Position numbers and translations under genes: made by a program. From Actinophytocola sp. (GTDB lineage: Bacteria; Actinomycetota; Actinomycetes; Mycobacteriales; Pseudonocardiaceae): a DNA stretch of 64,000 nucleotides. This document shows, in pieces, positions 58,295 through 64,000 of this stretch. Below the pieces are notes generated by a model. The model was not told where the DNA came from. It was given only the letters and a program-made list of their open reading frames with translations, and searched no databases. The number at the start of each line of letters is the position of its first letter. The first letter of the stretch is position 1. The stretch is taken from positions 278-64,277 of the forward strand of contig NZ_JBOHGA010000005.1 of assembly GCF_050699915.1 (NCBI RefSeq), in the 5' to 3' direction.

Positions 58295-60886
58295 GTGTCC
58301 GTGACCGAGGGTTTCGTGCCCAACGAGTCAGCGATCCGCCGGGCGCTACGGCGCGCCAGGGACGGCGTCGCGCTCGACCGGACCGAGGCCGAGACGCTGC
58401 TGCACGCCCGCGGCGAGCAGCGCGACCAGCTGTTCGCCGCCGCGTCCCGGGTCCGCGACGCCGGGCTCGAGGCGACCGGCCGCCCGGGTGTGATCACGTT
58501 CTCGCGCAGTGTCTTCGTGCCGCTCACCAAGCTGTGCCGGGACCGCTGCCACTACTGCACGTTCGCCACCGTGCCGGGGCGCGTGCCGGCCGCGTTCCTC
58601 GGTCCGGACGAGGTGCTCGACATCGTCCGCCGGGGTGCGGAGCTCGGCTGCACCGAGGTGCTGTTCACCCTCGGCGACCGGCCCGAGGACCGGTGGAGCG
58701 CGGCGCGCGAGTGGCTGGAGGAGGCGGGCTACCCGGACACGCTGTCCTACGTCCGCGCCATGTCGATCAAGGTGCTCGAGGAGACCGGCGTCCTGCCCCA
58801 CCTCAACCCGGGCGTGCTGAGCTGGACCGACTTCCAGCGACTCAAGCCGGTGTCGGCGTCGATGGGCATGATGCTGGAGACGACGGCCACCCGCCTGTGG
58901 TCGGAGAAGGGCGGCCCGCACTTCGGCTCGCCGGACAAGGAGCCGGCGCTTCGGCTGCGCGTGCTGGAGGACGCCGGGCGCAACAACGTCCCGTTCACCA
59001 CGGGCATCCTGATCGGCATCGGCGAGACCCTGGCCGAGCGGGTCGACTCGCTGTTCGCGATCCGGCGGGTCGCGCGGGAGTACGGCGGGATCCAGGAAGT
59101 CATCGTGCAGAACTTCCGCGCGAAGCACGACACCGCGATGGCCGCCACGGCCGACGCCTCGACCGAGGAGCTCGCCGCGACGGTCGCCGTCGCGCGGCTG
59201 GTGCTGGGGCCGAAGATGCGGATCCAGGCGCCGCCGAACCTGATCGGCGGCGAGTACGAGCTGCTGTTGCGTGCCGGGATCGACGACTGGGGCGGCGTGT
59301 CGCCGCTGACCATCGACCACGTGAACCCCGAGCGCCCCTGGCCGCGGCTGGACGAGCTCGCCGCGCGGACCGAGGCGGCCGGGTTCGCCCTGGCCGAGCG
59401 CCTGCCGATCTACCCCGAGTACGTCCGGCGCGGCGAGCCGTGGCTGGACCCGCGGATCGCCGGGCACGTGGCCGCGCTCGCCGACTCCGCCACCGGTCTC
59501 GTCGCGGCGGACTCCGCGCCGGTCGGCAGGCCGTGGCAGGAGCCGGAGGTCGCGCTGGTCGACTCGGGTCGCACCGACCTGCACGAGAGCATCGACACGG
59601 TCGGGCGCACCGGCGACCGCCGCGACGACTTCGACTCGGTCTACGGGGACTGGGACGAGCTGCGCTCGCGGGTGTCGGCCCAGCCCGCTCGCGACACCGG
59701 CCCGGTCGACCGGCTCCGCCCGGCGTTCGCCACCGCGCTGCGCCACGCCGAGTCCGACCCGAGTGGACTGTCCGATGAGGACGCTCTGACACTACTCTCC
59801 GCCGGTGCCGGGGCGGAGATCTCCGCCTTGGCCGCCCTCGCCGACGCCCTTCGCGCGGACACCGTCGGCGACGAGGTGACCTACGTGGTCACCCGCAACA
59901 TCAACTTCACGAACGTCTGCTACACCGGCTGCCGCTTCTGCGCGTTCGCCCAGCGCCGCACCGACAGTGACGCCTACACGCTGTCGCTGGACCAGGTGGG
60001 CCAGCGCGCGACGCAGGCGTGGGAGGTCGGCGCGACCGAGGTCTGCATGCAGGGCGGGATCCATCCGGACCTGCCGGGCACGGCGTACTTCGACATCGCG
60101 GCGGAGGTGAAGCGGCGCGCGCCGGGCCTGCACGTGCACGCGTTCTCCCCGATGGAGGTCGTGAACGGCGCGTCCCGCACCAACATGTCCATTCGGGACT
60201 GGCTGGTCGCGGCCCGGGAGTCCGGTGTGGACTCACTGCCGGGCACCGCGGCGGAGATCCTCGACGACGACGTGCGCTGGATCCTCACGAAGGGCAAGCT
60301 CCCGACGGCGGCGTGGGTCGAGGTCGTGACGACCGCGCACGAGCTGGGCATGCCGACCACCTCGACGATGATGTACGGGCACGTGGACAACCCGTCGCAC
60401 TGGGTCGCGCATCTGAAGCTGATCCGGGACCTGCAGGCGCGCACGGGTGGCTTCACCGAGTTCGTCCTGCTGCCCTTCGTCCACACCAACGCCCCGCTGT
60501 ACCTGGCCGGCATCGCCCGTCCGGGCCCGACGCACCTGGAGAACCGTGCGGTGCACGCGATGGCCCGGCTGCTGCTGCACGGCCGGATCGCGAACATCCA
60601 GACCAGCTGGGTGAAGCTGGGGGAGCAGGGAGTGGTCGACGTGCTGCGCGGTGGCGTGAACGACCTGGGCGGCACGCTGATGGAGGAGACCATCAGCCGC
60701 ATGGCGGGCTCGGAAAACGGCAGCTACAAGACGATCGCCGACCTGGAGGCTCTGGCCCGAGCGGCGGACCGGCCGGCGCGGCAACGAACCACCACCTACG
60801 GCGAGGTCGGAGAGGAACGCCTGACCACGGCGAGGAGACACGACGGCGTCTGGCGCCCGAACCTGCTGCCGCTCGTCAGCGGCTAG
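58295..60886 (+). CDS. fbiC: Bifunctional FO synthase (CofG/CofH), F420 biosynthesis
   Basis: Two radical-SAM motifs, CRDRCHYC and CYTGCRFC; [17 protein letters not shown]. Confidence 0.96.
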   Translation: MSVTEGFVPNESAIRRALRRARDGVALDRTEAETLLHARGEQRDQLFAAASRVRDAGLEATGRPGVITFSRSVFVPLTKLCRDRCHYCTFATVPGRVPAAFLGPDEVLDIVRRGAELGCTEVLFTLGDRPEDRWSAAREWLEEAGYPDTLSYVRAMSIKVLEETGVLPHLNPGVLSWTDFQRLKPVSASMGMMLETTATRLWSEKGGPHFGSPDKEPALRLRVLEDAGRNNVPFTTGILIGIGETLAERVDSLFAIRRVAREYGGIQEVIVQNFRAKHDTAMAATADASTEELAATVAVARLVLGPKMRIQAPPNLIGGEYELLLRAGIDDWGGVSPLTIDHVNPERPWPRLDELAARTEAAGFALAERLPIYPEYVRRGEPWLDPRIAGHVAALADSATGLVAADSAPVGRPWQEPEVALVDSGRTDLHESIDTVGRTGDRRDDFDSVYGDWDELRSRVSAQPARDTGPVDRLRPAFATALRHAESDPSGLSDEDALTLLSAGAGAEISALAALADALRADTVGDEVTYVVTRNINFTNVCYTGCRFCAFAQRRTDSDAYTLSLDQVGQRATQAWEVGATEVCMQGGIHPDLPGTAYFDIAAEVKRRAPGLHVHAFSPMEVVNGASRTNMSIRDWLVAARESGVDSLPGTAAEILDDDVRWILTKGKLPTAAWVEVVTTAHELGMPTTSTMMYGHVDNPSHWVAHLKLIRDLQARTGGFTEFVLLPFVHTNAPLYLAGIARPGPTHLENRAVHAMARLLLHGRIANIQTSWVKLGEQGVVDVLRGGVNDLGGTLMEETISRMAGSENGSYKTIADLEALARAADRPARQRTTTYGEVGEERLTTARRHDGVWRPNLLPLVSG

Positions 60887-61068
60887 TAGCCGAGGCGAGC
60901 CCAGCCCACGAAGACGCCGCTGCTCTCCGCGTCGGTCATGTCTCCGTCGGCGGTGACCTCGGAGTACCGGTGATCCGCTCCACCCGAACGGCCTAGGGTG
61001 TTGCCGTGTGGTGCGATCGCTCGGGCGGCTCGCACCTGTCGACACCTGACGGAAGGCGAGGAACGCAG

Positions 61069-62154
61069 ATGGCTCAGCAGGTTCGGGGCATCATCGCGAG
61101 GACCGAGGGCGCGCCGGTCGAGCTGGAGACGATCGTCGTTCCCGACCCGGGGCCGGGGGAGGCCGTGGTCGCGGTCCAGGCCTGCGGCGTCTGCCACACC
61201 GACCTGCACTACCGCGAGGGCGGCATCAACGACGAGTTCCCCTTCCTCCTCGGGCACGAGGCGGCCGGCACGGTCGAGTCCGTCGGCGAGGGCGTCACCG
61301 GGCTCGAGCCGGGCGACTTCGTCATCCTCAACTGGCGCGCGGTCTGCGGCACCTGCCGCGCCTGCCTGCGCGGCCGTCCCTGGTACTGCTTCAGCACCTT
61401 CAACGCCGCCCAGCCGATGACGCTCACCGACGGCACGCCGCTCTCTCCCGCGCTGGGCATCGGTGCGTTCGCCGAGAAGACACTCGTCCACAGTGGACAG
61501 TGCACGAAGGTCGACCCGACGGCGAGCCCGGCCGCGGCCGGACTGCTCGGCTGCGGGGTCATGGCCGGCCTCGGCGCCGCGGTGAACACCGGCGGCGTCA
61601 CCCGCGGCGACAGCGTCGCCGTGATCGGCTGCGGCGGCGTGGGCTGCGCGGCCGTGGCGGGCGCCGCGCTCGCCGGCGCGACGACGATCGTCGCGGTCGA
61701 CCTCGACGAGCGGAAGCTCGAGTGGGCCAAGGGACTCGGCGCGACCCACACGGTCAACGCGCGCGATGTCGACGTCGTCGCGGCCGTCCAGGAGCTCACC
61801 GGCGGGTTCGGCGCGGACGTCGTGATCGAGGCGGTCGGCCGGCCCGAGACCTGGCGGCAGGCGTTCTACGCCCGCGACCTGGCCGGCACGGTGGTCCTGG
61901 TCGGCGTGCCGACCCCGGACATGCGGCTGGAGATGCCGATGATCGACTTCTTCGCCCGCGGCGGCTCGCTCAAGTCCAGCTGGTACGGCGACTGCCTGCC
62001 CACCCGCGACTTCCCGTACCTGATCGACCTCTACCGGCAGGGCCGCCTCGACCTCGACGCGTTCGTCACCGAGACGATCGCGCTGGACCAGGTCGAGGAG
62101 GCGTTCACGAAGATGCACCACGGTGACGTGCTGCGCTCTGTCGTGGTCTTCTGA
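61069..62154 (+). CDS. mscR: S-(hydroxymethyl)mycothiol dehydrogenase / S-nitrosomycothiol reductase
   Basis: [37 protein letters not shown]. Confidence 0.92.
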   Translation: MAQQVRGIIARTEGAPVELETIVVPDPGPGEAVVAVQACGVCHTDLHYREGGINDEFPFLLGHEAAGTVESVGEGVTGLEPGDFVILNWRAVCGTCRACLRGRPWYCFSTFNAAQPMTLTDGTPLSPALGIGAFAEKTLVHSGQCTKVDPTASPAAAGLLGCGVMAGLGAAVNTGGVTRGDSVAVIGCGGVGCAAVAGAALAGATTIVAVDLDERKLEWAKGLGATHTVNARDVDVVAAVQELTGGFGADVVIEAVGRPETWRQAFYARDLAGTVVLVGVPTPDMRLEMPMIDFFARGGSLKSSWYGDCLPTRDFPYLIDLYRQGRLDLDAFVTETIALDQVEEAFTKMHHGDVLRSVVVF

Positions 62155-62180
62155 GGCCGCCTGCCCTAGGCTCCTCCGTA

Positions 62181-62196
62181 GGATTGTAGACAATCC
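62181..62196. promoter_or_regulatory. Palindromic operator, GntR-like
   Basis: ggattgt-ag-acaatcc. Confidence 0.65.
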
Positions 62197-62211
62197 CGAC
62201 GAGGAGTGCTG

Positions 62212-63459
62212 ATGGCTGACCTGTCCCCGATTCTCAAGCAGGCGACGCCCGTGCTCGCCGAACGTGGCGAGGGTGTCTACCTCTACGGCGAGGACGGACG
62301 CCGCTACCTGGACTTCACCGCCGGCATCGGGGTCACGAGCACCGGCCACTGCCATCCGAAGGTCGTCGAGGCCGTACGGGAGCAGGCCGGCAAACTCATC
62401 CACGGCCAGTACACGACGGTCATGCACCGGCCGCTGCTGACGCTGTCCGAGCGGCTCGGCACGGTGCTCCCCGAGGGGCTCGACGCGCTGTTCTACGTGA
62501 ACTCCGGCAGCGAGGCGGTCGAGGCGGCGCTGCGTCTGGTCCGGCACGCCACCGGCCGGGCGAACGTCGTGGTCTTCCACGGCTCCTTCCACGGGCGCAC
62601 GATCGGCGCGGCCTCGATGACCACCTCGGCCACCAAGTTCCGGGCCGGCTTCGCGCCGCTGATGGGCGGGGTCGTGGTGGCGCCGTTCCCCACCGCGTAC
62701 CGGTACGGCTGGTCCGAGCAGGAGGCGACCCGCTTCGCGCTGCGCGAGCTCGACTACGTGCTGACCACCATGTCCGCACCCGCGGAGACGGCGGCCTTCT
62801 TCGTCGAGCCGGTGCTCGGCGAGGGCGGGTACGTGCCGGCGAACACCGAGTTCCTGCAGGGCCTGCGGGAACGCGCCGACCGGCACGGCATCCTGCTCGT
62901 CGTCGACGAGGTGCAGACCGGCTTCGGGCGCACGGGCCGGTTCTGGGGCCACGACCACTTCGACGTCCGGCCCGACGTGGTCATCACCGCGAAGGGCCTC
63001 GCCAGCGGCTTCCCGATCTCGGCCATCGCCGCGCCGCGCGACCTGATGGCCAAGGCGTGGCCGGGCTCGCAGGGCGGCACGTACGGCGGCAACGCGGTCG
63101 CCTGCGCCGCGGCGATCGCCACGCTCGACGTCGTGCAGTCCGAGGGCCTGGTCGACAACGCCGACCGGATGGGCGCGCGGCTGCGCGAGGGGCTCGCGAA
63201 GGTGGCCGCCGACGTGCCGGCGATCGGCGACGTCCGCGGCCTGGGTCTGATGCTGGGCAACGAGTTCGTCGACCGCGACGGCGAGCCCGACCCGGCCACG
63301 GCCGCCCGCGTGCAGCAGGCCGCCGCGGCCGCCGGGCTGCTGCTGCTGACCTGTGGCGCGGCCGGGAACGTGGTCCGGATGATCCCGCCGCTCGTGGTCA
63401 CCGCCGAGCAGGTCGACGAGGGCCTCGCCCTGTGGCGGGAGGCGATCACGGCCGTCTAG
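62212..63459 (+). CDS. Class-III PLP aminotransferase (4-aminobutyrate aminotransferase-like)
   Basis: LDFTAGI, NSGSEAVE, FHGRT, EPVLGEGG, DEVQTGFGRTG, AKGLASG. Confidence 0.92.
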   Translation: MADLSPILKQATPVLAERGEGVYLYGEDGRRYLDFTAGIGVTSTGHCHPKVVEAVREQAGKLIHGQYTTVMHRPLLTLSERLGTVLPEGLDALFYVNSGSEAVEAALRLVRHATGRANVVVFHGSFHGRTIGAASMTTSATKFRAGFAPLMGGVVVAPFPTAYRYGWSEQEATRFALRELDYVLTTMSAPAETAAFFVEPVLGEGGYVPANTEFLQGLRERADRHGILLVVDEVQTGFGRTGRFWGHDHFDVRPDVVITAKGLASGFPISAIAAPRDLMAKAWPGSQGGTYGGNAVACAAAIATLDVVQSEGLVDNADRMGARLREGLAKVAADVPAIGDVRGLGLMLGNEFVDRDGEPDPATAARVQQAAAAAGLLLLTCGAAGNVVRMIPPLVVTAEQVDEGLALWREAITAV

Positions 63460-64000
63460 AGGCGGTCGGCGTACTCCTTCGCCAGCTCCTCGACGCGGTC
63501 CGCGTCCCACGCGCAGCGGACGTCGCCGTGGACGGCGGAGAAGAACAGGTCGAGCTGCAGGTGCCAGGCAGCCAACGCCGTCGCCCGCACCTCCGCGAGG
63601 TGGGCGGGCACGGTCTGGCTCAGCTCGACCCGCACGCCCAGCTTGTCGTCGGAGACGATCGTCCAGCGCACCCGGCCGGCCGGCTCGCCGTCGTGGCGCC
63701 ACTCGTACGCCAGCACCCGCGGCGGGTCGACCTCGGTGAGCGGGCCGGCCGGTGCGTGGTCGTTGGTCGCCCGCACCGGCGGCTCGCCGCCTGCCTCGGG
63801 ACTCGTGTCCTCGACGAGCAGCGCCCACACGTCGGCCGGCGGCTTCCACACGAGGTCACGGGCGAAACGCAGCTCCCAGCCGTCGCCGGCCGGCCGCACC
63901 TCGCCGAAGCCGAGCCCGAACTCGTCGTGGTAGCGCAGCATCGGCGTGAGCCAGTTCTCCCACGGCTCGGTGGTCCCGCCGTCGAGCACGGTCACCAGCT
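63456..64000 (-). CDS. SRPBCC/AHSA1-like protein, probably 5'-truncated by the window
   Basis: WELRFARDL, PADVWALL, AAWHLQLD; no in-frame stop visible before the edge. Confidence 0.7.
   Translation of the reverse strand, partial: LVTVLDGGTTEPWENWLTPMLRYHDEFGLGFGEVRPAGDGWELRFARDLVWKPPADVWALLVEDTSPEAGGEPPVRATNDHAPAGPLTEVDPPRVLAYEWRHDGEPAGRVRWTIVSDDKLGVRVELSQTVPAHLAEVRATALAAWHLQLDLFFSAVHGDVRCAWDADRVEELAKEYADRL

Noticed and set aside
60883-60939. 18-aa minus-strand [21 protein letters not shown]
   Set aside because: SD spacing too short and no recognisable motif.

Overview
High-GC actinobacterial chromosomal segment. Gene content and order suggest Pseudonocardiaceae (inference). The backbone is the conserved block known from M. 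tuberculosis Rv1445c-Rv1473A: pentose-phosphate operon (tkt-tal-pgi-zwf-opcA-pgl), ctaB, qor, ctaA with an ABC-2 transporter, mptB, the sufR-sufBD-Rieske-sufCSU-sufT operon, an ABC-F protein and an Rv1473A-like HTH. A metabolic and regulatory region follows (IcmF with 3-hydroxybutyryl-CoA dehydrogenase, MpaB-like oxygenase with TetRs, fbiC, mscR, class-III aminotransferase). I found no rRNA, tRNA, CRISPR array, integrase or transposase. The main leads are: (1) an accessory three-gene cassette at 11863-14355 encoding a 2-TM protein with a DUF5919/PLD-like domain, a cysteine-dioxygenase-type cupin and an HD hydrolase, a candidate signalling or defence system; (2) an interspersed repeat with a 37-nt core (32/37 identical between 28393-28429 and the reverse complement of 54238-54274, with a truncated copy at 10853 and a possible degenerate one at 43303). 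One copy lies in a MIRU-like 42-codon ORF coupled to sufS and sufU, and another marks the breakpoint of a HAD pseudogene; (3) a putative leaderless-uORF attenuator before the ABC-F gene; (4) an in-frame insertion in the lycopene cyclase; (5) a possible ATC start on the desaturase. All family assignments come from motif recognition by eye; no database searches were run.
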